From: Macrostomum lignano | Taxonomy: Eukaryota | Assembly: GCA_002269645.1 (NCBI GenBank) | Contig: NIVC01000859.1 | Location: forward strand, 62,001-126,000 | DNA: 64,000 nt | Direction: 5' to 3' | Shown: positions 43,701 to 53,920 of the stretch, in pieces | Layout of the letters: every line of letters starts with the position of its first letter | Numbering within the stretch: position 1 is the stretch's first letter | Notes under the pieces: model-generated | Databases searched by the model: none | Told to the model about the DNA's origin: nothing | The model's input: only the letters and a program-made list of their open reading frames with translations | Program-made: the position numbers and the translations under genes

Positions 43701-44759
43701 AACAACTACCGCACTGACTGCTCTCTCGAATCTGATGACGAAACCGAATCAAGTGGATCAAACTGGTCCGAAGATCAGCGAGAGCTGGGTGATGGACAAT
43801 TTAAAATCTTCTAATTATGAGAGCACGTATTTTACGAGTAAATGCTGTCACAAAATGATTCTAAAACTGACATTCTTTCAACACCTTTGTTGCCAACTAT
43901 TTTTCGTTCTAATATTGTGTTTTAATATCAGTTCCATTTAACTTCGCTAAATAAATTCAAATTTCATTAGATTTAAGTTTCTTATTCGATTTCATTCATA
44001 GACTCAAACTAATTTTCTAAAAAACTGCAAAAAATTCACAAAAGGCAAACTTCGTAAGCAAGTAGCAGCAAGGTTGTTTAAATTTATAATGGAAGAGACA
44101 ATTGCTTAAAAAAATCAGATAGCTCTGAAAATTATTTGGAAATAAATTCAATTTTGAAACAACCAGAAAGCTAGCCTGCTGCCAGAGAAAAATATATCAG
44201 TAAAAGCCATGCATACTACTGTTAGTAGAGTAAACCAATTCTTGCCTTAATTTATTGGGCAGTCCACCGGGCGCCGGGTATAAGGCCGGCGCCCCGACTG
44301 GACAAAGAGTGCGCCCCGCTACCGGCCACAGGCCACCGGGCGCCGCGGTCTGCGCACCCTTGGGCGTACCAGAATTTCCCACTGGGTAAATAAGATCCTG
44401 GTGTATCCCTGATTCCTGACCTAAATAAGATCCTGGTGTATCCCTGATTCCTGACCTAAATAAGATCCTGGTGTATCCCTGATTCCTGACCTAAATAAGA
44501 TCCTGGTGTATCCCCTAATCCCTGACCTAAATAAGATCCTGGTGTATCCCCTAATCCCTGACCTAAATAAGGTACTGATGCACCAATAAGGAGAATGGGC
44601 ACGACTACTTGCCTCCGCTTTGTTTAACACTTTAACTTACATTTTACCCAATGGCACTTGCAGTGAAAGACCTTTAAGTACGGGTGTACTTTTATAATAA
44701 GATTTGCACAACGTGTCCACTTCAACAGCGTGCATCAGCTGGCCCGGGGTGACGTCCAT
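26686..44759 (-). CDS. ABCH: ABCH-type (ABCG20/23-like) half transporter, 7 exons, 723 aa
   Basis: Exons 44759-44641, 33028-32714, 31991-31884, 30651-30477, 30005-29484, 28653-27831, 26795-26686. All introns are GT-AG with consistent phases; total 2172 nt. Walker A GPSGCGKT, signature LSGGQQRR, Walker [42 protein letters not shown]. Confidence 0.93.
26835..27790. repeat. (CAGA)n microsatellite with interspersed gagaggacagtcagacccaca units (ABCH intron 6)
   Basis: Read directly. Confidence 0.95.
27831..28653 (-). CDS. ABCH: ABCH exon 6 (TMD)
   Basis: Multiple TM helices; [17 protein letters not shown]. Confidence 0.93.
28665..29430. repeat. 25-bp minisatellite (ABCH intron 5)
   Basis: Unit gagtagggtgtctgtagtatacttt. 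Confidence 0.95.
29484..30005 (-). CDS. ABCH: ABCH exon 5
   Basis: [11 protein letters not shown]...KNFNNLRR...[21 protein letters not shown]. Confidence 0.92.
30028..30460. repeat. (TAG)n microsatellite (ABCH intron 4)
   Basis: Read directly. The poly-Leu/Val/Tyr ORFs here are artefacts. Confidence 0.97.
30477..30651 (-). CDS. ABCH: ABCH exon 4 (H-loop)
   Basis: IWNHML...[11 protein letters not shown]...[10 protein letters not shown]. Confidence 0.92.
30775..31845. repeat. 14-bp minisatellite (ABCH intron 3)
   Basis: Unit ctgacatctacaaa with variant ctgacatctaccag. Confidence 0.95.
31884..31991 (-). CDS. ABCH: ABCH exon 3 (signature, Walker B)
   Basis: [35 protein letters not shown]. Confidence 0.93.
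32070..32570. repeat. 32-bp minisatellite (ABCH intron 2)
   Basis: Unit aagatgagtcatcgattgatgattgattgtgc. Confidence 0.95.
32714..33028 (-). CDS. ABCH: ABCH exon 2 (Walker A)
   Basis: [15 protein letters not shown]...YMPQDLALY. Confidence 0.93.
33240..34537. repeat. 35/36-bp minisatellite (ABCH intron 1, left part)
   Basis: Unit tatcccctaatccctgacctaaataagatcctggtg; resumes at 44387-44572. Confidence 0.95.
35254..35576. mobile_element. Small inverted-repeat element enclosing a 16-bp tandem array (ggcgggcaaattgtct x ~11)
   Basis: gaccgccacaatt / aattgtggcggtc and gcggccgc inverted pairs flank the array. Confidence 0.55.
36201..36805. mobile_element. Degenerate hAT-like MITE (CAGGG...CCCCTG) hosting a second MITE
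   Basis: cagggattggctaact vs agtttgctgacccctg; internal gcgggccgcatgtggccc motif; no clean TSD. Confidence 0.45.
36409..36604. mobile_element. hAT-family MITE, 196 bp
   Basis: 15-bp TIR CAGT(A/G)GCGCAACCAG and a perfect 8-bp TSD GGAGCAAG (36401-36408, 36605-36612). A related truncated end is at ~36060-36072. Confidence 0.9.
37678..37727. repeat. (TA)n microsatellite
   Basis: Read directly. Confidence 0.95.
38482..40507 (-). CDS. EnSpm/CACTA-like transposase, split by two single-base frameshifts (~40030, ~39350)
   Basis: VNFDGLPLY...[65 protein letters not shown]. Confidence 0.88.
40866..43469 (+). CDS. Transposon ORF2 (TnpA-analogue, DUF4806-like), spliced
   Basis: Exons 40866-41051, 41142-41297, 41460-42281, 42413-42617 and 42727-~43430/43469 have consistent GT-AG phases. 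Contains (EAEV)n, ...[17 protein letters not shown] and an 18-aa repeat. The 3' end is uncertain and DUF4806 is recalled from memory. Confidence 0.7.
42885..43405 (+). repeat. 54-bp in-frame tandem repeat ([18 protein letters not shown] x ~9.5)
   Basis: Read directly. Confidence 0.93.
44387..44572. repeat. 35/36-bp minisatellite, right part (split by transposon)
   Basis: Same unit as 33240-34537. Confidence 0.95.
44641..44759 (-). CDS. ABCH: ABCH exon 1 ([40 protein letters not shown])
   Basis: ATG at 44759. Donor GTAAGT at 44640; phase 2 joins AT+T to give [11 protein letters not shown]. Confidence 0.88.
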
Positions 44760-44840
44760 GACAGAAACGGTTGGTTAGTTTGAGCTGCTCGCAAAGATCG
44801 CTGGAATTAGTGAGTAAAAATTTGCAGATTCGAAAATCAT

Positions 44841-45116
44841 CCCGATTAAAACGGTACCCAGGCCAAGAAGCGTCCTGAAGTCACGCCCCATAGTCGCTTC
44901 AGACGCGTTGCAGATGACAGGTTAAATAGGAAAGAAGTGATTCGAAACACCTCTGAAGCGACGAGATGTCACGGTACAAATCGCCAAAAATTCGTCAATG
45001 AGTCGTCCCAGAATCACTTTGAAGCGTCTTATTTATTGTCTGCGACACTGAAACGACTCTGACGATACGAAAGTGATTACGGGACGCTTCTTGGTCTATG
45101 TACCGTTATCATCGGG
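44841..45116. mobile_element. MITE-like element with 35-bp imperfect TIRs (CCC...GGG) just upstream of the ABCH start
   Basis: cccgattaaaacggtacccaggccaagaagcgtcc vs ggacgcttcttggtctatgtaccgttatcatcggg; a further TIR-like end lies at ~45365-45380. Confidence 0.6.
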
Positions 45117-45670
45117 CAATAAAACATTCAGTTTTAGCCTATTGAACTCAAATTGCACAAACCTACTGAGTTAGTAGAAAGTTAGGCGCCTCTTTTGCGA
45201 CTCTTTTACGCTTCTACAACTCACGTGACGCGCTTGTAATGCAACAGTCACCTCTCCGTCTCATTGGACGCGTTTGTGTCTGTAAAAATTTACAAGAGTC
45301 GCCCCAGACGCGCTGGAGTCACCAGAGAGTTGTTTGCAACGACTTTTTAGCGACTCTTGTCACGGTATCGTTTTTAAGGGAATTATATAATGGCCTACAG
45401 TAAAAATAAACCCTTTAATAAATGAGAAGACCTTGATTTAAATTAAGGCACGCGTATATTTATTAAAATTCATCTACGTATAAAATAGATAACCCGCTAC
45501 AGTTATTGACTTGAAAAGATTTTAAAAAAGCTATCTATTGTTATAGAATCAAAAAATGCTTTACAATTTCAGTAAAAAAAGGATTAAAAAATTGAAAAGT
45601 TCAAGGCTTGATCAAATCTAATTAAACAGACGTACTAAACCCAAGAGTCTTGACTGGTTTTGTTCATTAA

Positions 45671-46459
45671 TCACACCGAAGACTTCATCGACTTGTCAAT
45701 GTACTGGACTTGGTCAGGCGGCAGGATGCACACAGCGTAACCATTGAACTGCTGAGGATCTTCAACCAGTCGAACGAACTGATCTGTCAGTAGGGACATC
45801 GGAATGAGCGCTTGATTTTCAGCCATCTTCTTCTTTAGCTTGTCGGACATCAGTGTAGACTGATTGCCTGGCTTAAATGAGTCCATAACCATGTCAGTTT
45901 TGATGAAGGCCGGGCACAGGCAGTTGAATCGAACTCCGTGTGCACTCAAGTGCGGCTCAGAACCCATGGAGCCGGTCCAACCCACCACAGCGTGCTTCGA
46001 GGCTGTGTAAGCCGGCACATAGGCGGATGTGAACAGACCAGCTGCACTGGCTGTGTTGATCACCACACCGCCGTGACCTCCGCTCTGCTTCGACATGAAC
46101 TCCACGGCCATCTGGCTGCCATAAATCACGCCTTTCACGTTCACGTCGATGGTCAGGCCCGGGTCCGCCTCGTTCATCACTCCGGCATTGTTCACTACAA
46201 TGTCGACTCGACCGTCCAGCTCGATGGCCTTCTGAAAGACGCGTCGCAGCTCTGCTCTGTCCGTCACGCTGCACCGGACAAAGTGGCACCGGCCCGAGCC
46301 GTGCGTCTCGTTCAGCTCCTGCACGGCCTGACCTCCCGTCGCTTCGTTCAGGTCGGCGACGATCACCCGGCGGGCCTGGCGGACCAGCAGCGACTCTGCG
46401 ATGGCCCGGCCGATGCCGCGGCCGCCGCCCGTTACTATGGCAACGGAGTTGCGAATCAT
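45671..46459 (-). CDS. HPGD: 15-hydroxyprostaglandin dehydrogenase-like classical SDR, copy 1
   Basis: TGGGRGIG, ADLN (NAD preference), VNNAG, INTASAAGL, YTASK; 262 aa, intronless. Confidence 0.9.
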   Translation of the reverse strand: MIRNSVAIVTGGGRGIGRAIAESLLVRQARRVIVADLNEATGGQAVQELNETHGSGRCHFVRCSVTDRAELRRVFQKAIELDGRVDIVVNNAGVMNEADPGLTIDVNVKGVIYGSQMAVEFMSKQSGGHGGVVINTASAAGLFTSAYVPAYTASKHAVVGWTGSMGSEPHLSAHGVRFNCLCPAFIKTDMVMDSFKPGNQSTLMSDKLKKKMAENQALIPMSLLTDQFVRLVEDPQQFNGYAVCILPPDQVQYIDKSMKSSV

Positions 46460-47356
46460 GCTTTCGCTGCTGCTGCATGAATGCGTCAGAAATTCATGCT
46501 TTTTTAGGTCAAGGTTTGTTTAGATAGGCATTATAGAGCCGTGGGTTTTGGTCAAACTTCGGGAAATCACGGATGTCACATTCTGCTGAACCCTGAATTA
46601 CATAAGCACAGAACAGGCACACAATAGCATATACTATTGTCATAGTTAAGCAGTGGATATCCTGTGTTGTTTGTTGTTTTTCGAGTTGGCTTAAAAGTCT
46701 GCGTGGAAGTCAATGTCAATCAAAGCAAGGCATTCAGAAAAAAACAAGAAAAAAATGAGGCAAGTTACAGAGGATAAAATCAACTAGAAATAGTTTTGCA
46801 ATTCATGTATTACATTATGAACTAATTTCCTAACTATACAATATTAAAACACGGCTTTCAAAGTCAATAACTCAGAAGTCAAATCAAGAAGACATTGTAA
46901 ATAAAACACTATTTTAATAACAACGAAAACAGAGTGAAAGACGAGCCTAAAAAACGGCAGTTCCAAATATCCGAATGTCCTTGAAACATAATCAAAGTCC
47001 TTGTGAATAATATTAGTTTCATTTCTTGCAACGTCAGAAAAAATTATAAAATACAAAGTGTACACAAAAATAAAGCTTGTTTCAATTTGGCAAAATGTTA
47101 CACTTGATTCCTTTTTATAATCGTACAATAGTCAGGGTACACTGGACACGAAATCTTAATGATGAAGTTAATTCCCTACAAGAATTTGCCCGTTTCTGCA
47201 TTTTTGCCGTGGGACTGTTCCCTAACCTGCTCTGGATATCTTGCAAAAGACTAAAGAGCTGATAGCAACAAAGGCACAAGCTACAGACGTAGCTGTGAAT
47301 GCTGCTGAAAGCTGGCTTTAACGAACTGCTTGTCAGCTTGTCTCGAGCTCCCAGCA

Positions 47357-48145
47357 TCACATCAATGCCTTCATTGACTTGTCAATGTATCGGACCTGAT
47401 CAGGCGGCAGGATGCTCACAGCGTAACCATTGAACTGCTGAGGATCTTCAACCAGTCGAACGAACTGATCTGTCAGTACGGACATCGGGATGAGCGCTTG
47501 ATTTTCAGCCATCTTCTTCTTTAGCTTGTCAGACATCAGTGTAGATTGATTGCCTGGCTTAAATGAGCCCACAATCATGTCCGTTTTAATGTAGGCCGGA
47601 CACAGGCAGTTGAATCTAATCCCGTGCTCACTCAGGCGCGGCTCAGACCCCATGGAGCCGGTCCAACCCACCACAGCGTGCTTCGAAGCTGAGTAAGCCG
47701 GCACATAAGCCGAAGTAAACAGACCAACAGCACTAGCCGTGTTGATCACCACACCGCCGTGACCTCCGCTCTGCTTCGACATGAACTCCACGGCCATCTG
47801 GCTGCCATAAATTACTCCTTTCACGTTCACGTCGATGGTCAGGCCCGGGTCCGCCTCGTTCACCACGCCAGCGTTGTTGGCCACAATGTCGACTCGACCG
47901 TCCAGCTCGATGGCTTTCTGAAAGGCGCGTCGCAGCTCTGCTCTGTCCGTCACGCTGCACCGGACAAAGTGGCACCGGCCCGAGCCGTGCGTCTCGTTCA
48001 GCTCCTGCACGGCCTGACCTCCCGTCGCTTCGTTCAGGTCGGCGACGATCACCCGGCGGGCCTGGCGGACCAGCAGCGACTCCGCGATGGCCCGGCCGAT
48101 GCCGCGGCCGCCGCCCGTTACTATGGCAACGGAGTTGCGAATCAT
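47357..48145 (-). CDS. HPGD: HPGD-like SDR, copy 2
   Basis: Same motifs, YSASK. Confidence 0.9.
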   Translation of the reverse strand: MIRNSVAIVTGGGRGIGRAIAESLLVRQARRVIVADLNEATGGQAVQELNETHGSGRCHFVRCSVTDRAELRRAFQKAIELDGRVDIVANNAGVVNEADPGLTIDVNVKGVIYGSQMAVEFMSKQSGGHGGVVINTASAVGLFTSAYVPAYSASKHAVVGWTGSMGSEPRLSEHGIRFNCLCPAYIKTDMIVGSFKPGNQSTLMSDKLKKKMAENQALIPMSVLTDQFVRLVEDPQQFNGYAVSILPPDQVRYIDKSMKALM

Positions 48146-48834
48146 GCTTTCGCTGCTGGTGCTGGAATGCGTCGGAAATTCATGCTTTTCTAGGTCAAGG
48201 TTTGTTTAGATAGGCGTTATAGAGCCGTGGGTTCTGGTCAAACATCAGGCAATCACGGATGTCACATTTTGCTGAATCCTGCAGCAAAATGACACAACGT
48301 GACACACAGTTACACAATGTCACAGATTAGTATTTATTGACGTTTAGGTTTACTTAAATAATGTATATGCGTATATCTCACATGCAACTGCAAAACTGTT
48401 CAGGATTCATGGTTATAGGAATGGTACTAGTAGTACTAGAAGTATATACTACTTCGGATCGTACTTTTATATACAATTGGATTGAAAAGAAGCAAGTATT
48501 GATTACACATTTTCAATTATTTAATGATCATTTTATTATTACTTCTGAACTGCCGAACCATAACGGAGGGAAGGACCGTTTCTACTATTGGCACGTAGAC
48601 AGGCATGATGAAAAAGTGAAACTGTAAATATGAAATATCAGCTAGACTATGGGCACCGCCTAATTAGGCCTAGCCCAGCCAATATTGTCTAAATGCTTGA
48701 ATTAGATACCTCCTATCTCCGTAATGTATTTTTTTCGGAAAAAAACCTGCCACCTAAAATTTCCCAAGAAACGCAGTTTTCCGTTCTTTTCCTTGAGTAG
48801 TCTTTGGTGTGAATGTGTGCATGACTGGGTACGT

Positions 48835-48965
48835 ATCCACGCGCCTGTGTGCCTGCTCAGGGAAGTCAGCGGAATGGACAGTAATGCCTTTCGCCGGTTG
48901 TGTGACAATGTCGCTTAAAGTGCGCCAGGGTGCACACAGTCCCTGCCTCTAATAAAACCTTATTG
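48835..48965 (+). mobile_element. SINE 3' fragment
   Basis: gtgtgcctgctcag...ggaatggacagtaatgcc...cacagtccctg..ctaataaaacc matches the tail of the other copies. Confidence 0.65.
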
Positions 48966-49264
48966 TTGATCAAATAATGCAATAGAAAAGTACAAAAATA
49001 TCAAAGCAATTACAGATTAAAGAATAAAATCCATTAAAAAAATAATAGCTATTAGGAACATTTATTAGGAGCAAGTCATGGGCTGTTTTTTTTATTTATC
49101 AACACAGGGAAACAAGCCAGTATTGTTAGCAGTCTGGTTTTGATTGAAACGATATTAAAACAGCAGAGGAAAAGCCAACAGACTGAAAGACAATTAATGG
49201 TGGTCCTTAAAAAATGTCTAACTCGACATTGGGCTACCAATTAGAATTTTTATTTCCACAGGGA

Positions 49265-50220
49265 AGTCGTCTGATTGACGCCAACATTCGCTTCCTGCCC
49301 CATTAGGCCATGGCTAAGCGCAAGCTCCAGCCTCACACCGACCTCTTGCCTCAAGGACTTGAGAGAGACGGCGGCGGGCTCCACGTCTTATCTGACGGCA
49401 AACCCCGCACTCTCAACCTCTTGCAGCGCTACAAGTTCACCATCCCCTCAAGGGATGCTGCCACTAACCACTGGAATTTCCAGAAGGTTCACTGTTGCAC
49501 GCGCAGATTCATCAAAGACGGCTACGCCGGCTTTGGGGTCTACATCATTATCAACGGCCGCGTCATTGCCACGCATGCTCAGCACACTGATAGACTCTCC
49601 ACGGTCTTCCAGAACGAAGTCATTGCTATCAGCTCCTGGGCTGCAGAGCTGAACGCCAAGGGTACGAGAGGAGAGACTATTGTCATCCACTCCGATAGCC
49701 AAGCGGCCTTACAGGCCCTTTGCCACACCACCACGAACTCCCGGACAGTCGCTGACTGCGCCCGGCAGCTCAACCTCCTGGCGAGTAGCAATACTGTCAG
49801 GCTGAAGTGGATCCCAGAGCACGAAGTGTTTCTGGGGAACGAGTTGGCAGACACCCACGCCAAGAAGCGACCTCGAGAGTGAACTTTGCCCTTTTTGCGA
49901 GTACGACAATGAAGATGCTGAGCACTTTGTTTGTCACTGCCCTTTCTTTCACAGAGACCGGCTACGCTACCTCCGGCGCAACCCTCCATTGACGAGGTCT
50001 GCAAGTCCGACAGCATCCCACGGCTAATCCAGTTCCTCCGGGCGACAAGACGGGCGACTTTCTTCCACATACGAAAGATCACGCTGCAGAACAGACTGGT
50101 GGACCTCCCTGACCGGCCCCACGCCTCTGCCTGTCTGCGGGCCTTCAGGGACTAGCGAAATGGACGACCCTTGCCTCCCTAATGTGTCTACGGACCACCC
50201 TGCAGCTAAGTAAAGTAAAG
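49265..50220 (+). mobile_element. 5'-truncated non-LTR retrotransposon end with RNase H and C-terminal CCHC zinc finger
   Basis: TVFQNEVIAI, HSDSQAALQAL, LKWIPEH...GNELAD (RNase HI); CPFC..DNEDAEHFVCHCP; TAAAG-type tail. Confidence 0.82.
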
Positions 50221-50357
50221 CTATAGAATCAAAAACATGCTTTGCAATTTCTTTAAAAATGACAGGGCAAAAAACGGTCAGCATTAATCACCAGTAATCA
50301 AATTGGATTAACCAGCCGGAGGCACTAAACCCAAGAGTCTTGGATGCTACTCGTCAA

Positions 50358-51146
50358 TCACATCAATGCCTTCATTGACTTGTCAATGTACCGCACTTCA
50401 TCAGGCGGCAGGATGCTCACAGCGTAACCATTGAACTGCTGAGGATCTTCAACCAGTCGAACGAACTGATCTGTCAGTAGGGACATCGGAATGAAAACTT
50501 GATTCTCAGCCATCTTCTTTTTAAGCTCGTCCGGCATCAGAGTTGATTTGTCGCCCAGTTTAAAGCACTTCGTTGCCATGTCAGTCAGAATTAGGGCAGG
50601 ACACAGACAGTTGAATCGAATTCCGTGTGTACTCAAGTGCGGCTCAGATCCCATGGAGCCGGTCCAACCCACCACAGCGTGCTTCGAAGCTGTATAAGAA
50701 GGCAAGTAAGAGGATGTGAACAGACCAGCTGCACTGGCTGTGTTGATCACCACACCGCCGTGACCTCCGCTCTGCTTCGACATGAACTCCACGGCCATCT
50801 GGCTGCCATAAATCACTCCTTTCACGTTCACGTCGATGGTCAGGTCCGGGTCCGCCTCGTTCACCACGCCAGCGTTGTTGGCCACGATGTCGACTCGACC
50901 GTCCAGCTCGATGGCCTTCTGAAAGACGCGTCGCAGCTCGGCCCTGTCCGTCACGCTGCACCGGACAAAGTGGCACCGGCCCGAGCCGTGCGTCTCGTTC
51001 AGCTCCTGCACGGCCTGACCTCCCGTCGCTTCGTTCAGGTCGGCGACGATCACCCGGCGGGCCTGGCGGACCAGCAGCGACTCCGCGATGGCCCGGCCGA
51101 TGCCGCGTCCGCCGCCCGTTACTATGGCAACGGAGTTGCGAATCAT
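50358..51146 (-). CDS. HPGD: HPGD-like SDR, copy 3
   Basis: Same motifs; divergent C-terminal loop (DMATKCFKLGDK). Confidence 0.9.
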   Translation of the reverse strand: MIRNSVAIVTGGGRGIGRAIAESLLVRQARRVIVADLNEATGGQAVQELNETHGSGRCHFVRCSVTDRAELRRVFQKAIELDGRVDIVANNAGVVNEADPDLTIDVNVKGVIYGSQMAVEFMSKQSGGHGGVVINTASAAGLFTSSYLPSYTASKHAVVGWTGSMGSEPHLSTHGIRFNCLCPALILTDMATKCFKLGDKSTLMPDELKKKMAENQVFIPMSLLTDQFVRLVEDPQQFNGYAVSILPPDEVRYIDKSMKALM

Positions 51147-52043
51147 GCTTTCGCTGCTGCTGCTGGAATGCGTCAGGAATTCATGCTTTTCTAGGTCAGG
51201 GTTTGTTTAGATAGGCATTATAGAGCCGTGGGTTCTGGTCAAACTTCGGGAAATCACAGATGTCACATTCTGCTGAATCCAGAATTACATAAGCACAGAA
51301 CAGGCACACAATAGCATATACTATTGTCATAGTTAAGCAGTGGATATCCTGTGTTGTTTGTTGTTTTTCGAGTTGGCTTAAAAGTCTGCGTGGAAGTCAA
51401 TGTCAATCAAAGCAAGGCATTCAGAAAAAAACAAGAAAAAAATGAGGCAAGTTACAGAGGATAAAATCAACTAGAAATAGTTTTGCAATTCATGTATTAC
51501 ATTATGAACTAATTTCCTAACTATACAATATTAAAACACGGCTTTCAAAGTCAATAACTCAGAAGTCAAATCAAGAAGACATTGTAAATAAAACACTATT
51601 TTAATAACAACGAAAACAGAGTGAAAGACGAGCCTAAAAAACGGCAGTTCCTAATATCCGAATGTCCTTGAAACATAATCAAAGTCCTTGTGAATAATAT
51701 TAGTTTCATTTCTTGCAACGTCAGAAAAAATAATAAAATACAAAGTGTACACAAGAATAAAGCTTGTTTCAATTTGGCAAAATGTTACACTTGATTCCTT
51801 TTTATAATCGTACAATAGTCAGGGTACACCGGACACGAAATCTTAATGATGAAGTTAATTCCCTACAAGAATTTGCCCGTTTCTGCATTTTTGCCGTGGG
51901 ACTGTTCCCTAACCTGCTCTGGATATCTTGCAAAAAACTAAAGAGCTGATAGCAACAAAGGCACAAGCTACAGACGTAGCTGTGAATGCTGCTGAAAGCT
52001 GGCTTTAACGAACTGCTTGTCAGCTTGTCTCGAGCTCCCAGCA

Positions 52044-52832
52044 TCACATCAATGCCTTCATCGACTTGTCAATGTACCGAACTTGATCAGGCGGCAGGAT
52101 GCTCACAGCGTAACCATTGAACTGCTGAGGATCTTCAATGAGTCGAATAAATTGATCTGTCAGTACGGACATCGGAATGAGCACCTGATTCTCAGCCATC
52201 TTCTTCTTTAGCTTGTCGGACATCAGTGTAGACTGATTGCCTGGCTTAAATGAGTCCACAATCATGTCCGTTTTAATGTAGGCCGGACACAGGCAGTTGA
52301 ATCTAATCCCGTGCTCACTCAGGTGCGGCTCAGACCCCATGGAGCCGGTCCAACCCACCACAGCGTGCTTCGAAGCTGAGTAAGCCGGCACATAAGCCGA
52401 AGTAAACAGACCAACAGCACTGGCCGTGTTGATCACCACACCGCCGTGACCTCCGCTCTGCTTCGACATGAATTCCACGGCCATCTGGCTGCCATAAATC
52501 ACTCCTTTCACGTTCACGTCGATGGTCAGGTCCGGGTCCGCCTCGTTCACCACGCCAGCGTTGTTGGCCACAATGTCGACTCGACCGTCCAGCTCGATGG
52601 CCTTCTGAAAGACGCGTCGCAGCTCTGCCCTGTCCGTCACGCTGCACCGGACAAAGTGGCACCGGCCCGAGCCGTGCGTCTCGTTCAGCTCCTGCACGGC
52701 CTGACCTCCCGTCGCTTCGTTCAGGTCGGCGACGATCACCCGGCGGGCCTGGCGGACCAGCAGTGACTCTGCGATGGCCCGTCCGATGCCGCGGCCGCCG
52801 CCCGTTACTATGGCAACGGAGTTGCGAATCAT
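52044..52832 (-). CDS. HPGD: HPGD-like SDR, copy 4
   Basis: Nearly identical to copy 2. Confidence 0.9.
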   Translation of the reverse strand: MIRNSVAIVTGGGRGIGRAIAESLLVRQARRVIVADLNEATGGQAVQELNETHGSGRCHFVRCSVTDRAELRRVFQKAIELDGRVDIVANNAGVVNEADPDLTIDVNVKGVIYGSQMAVEFMSKQSGGHGGVVINTASAVGLFTSAYVPAYSASKHAVVGWTGSMGSEPHLSEHGIRFNCLCPAYIKTDMIVDSFKPGNQSTLMSDKLKKKMAENQVLIPMSVLTDQFIRLIEDPQQFNGYAVSILPPDQVRYIDKSMKALM

Positions 52833-53592
52833 GCTTTCGCTGCTGCTGCTGGAATGCGTCGGAAATTCATGCTTTTCGAGGTCAAGGTTTGTTTAGATAG
52901 GCATTATAGAGCCGTGGGTTCTGGTCAAACATCAGGCAATCACGGATGTCACATTCTGCTGAACCCTGCAGCAGATGACACAGTCACAGACAGGCACACA
53001 ATGTCACAGATTAGTCATTTATTGACATTTAGGTGTATTTAACTACTATGTATACGTACGAGTATATCTTACGCCCAACTGCAAAAACTGTTGAAGATTT
53101 ATGGTTATTAGAATAGTACTAGAAGTAGCATATTTACTTTGTCATACTTTTTACAATTGAATTTAAAAGAAGCAAATATAGCTTCGCAATTTTAAATTTT
53201 TTATTGATTCTTTTTACTTATAAACTACTGAGCCATGAAGAAGGGAAGGACGGTTCCTACCTCTAGTTAGACAGGCATGGTGAAAAAGTGCAACATTAAT
53301 TAATAATTTATTTTATTAATACGATTACGATTCGAAATGCGATTTCGGTGTGATAGCCTCGCCCAATCACTCAACCTCATCTTGAAAAAGATCGAAAAGT
53401 GTAACCACAATCCACAAATTTCAGCCCAGTAACAAAACTCGTAAGACATAAATGAATTTTTTTAACTATGGAAGTTTAGCAAGGACCATTTAAAATTTCT
53501 AGTTACTAGGCGCTATTTTTAGATTATGCTATAAATAGAATTAGGAGAGATCTGGAACTTGAAACGAAACGGTTGTTAAAAGAATGTAGAGT

Positions 53593-53920
53593 GGGGTGGC
53601 CGTAGCCAGTGGCCTAGCGCGGTGCTCTGATGTGCCAGCGGCCCAGGCTCGATTCCGAGTGCAGTCACATTAATTGGGGGGGGGGGCTAAATTGGGAATC
53701 TCGGCTTGGCTCTGCTCGTGCTATTAACGGTCTTGTGGTGGGAAAACCCTCAAGGCACAGTGAAGTGTTCATTGAACCATAAATAAAGTTGGGGCGGCTG
53801 TACACTCATGTGTGTGCCTGTGAGTAAGACCTCGGAATGGGCAGTAATGCCTCTCACCTATGGTGGGACGATTTCTCTTCAAGTGCGTGCACACAGCCCC
53901 CTGTCTCTAATAAAACCACA
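53593..53920 (+). mobile_element. tRNA-derived SINE, full length
   Basis: A box GGCCGTAGCCAGTGG, B box GGCTCGATTCC, unique body, A-rich end. Confidence 0.85.

Larger units (their letters stand above)
34538..44386. mobile_element. EnSpm/CACTA (CMC)-like DNA transposon, 9849 bp
   Basis: Termini CCCAGTGG...CCACTGGG with imperfect ~30-bp TIRs. 2-bp TSD TA splits one minisatellite unit. GGCGCC-rich subterminal repeats. Transposase plus divergent ORF2. Confidence 0.9.

Noticed and set aside
53593-53670. tRNA gene
   Set aside because: A/B boxes are present, but there is no proper acceptor stem and it continues into a repeated SINE body.
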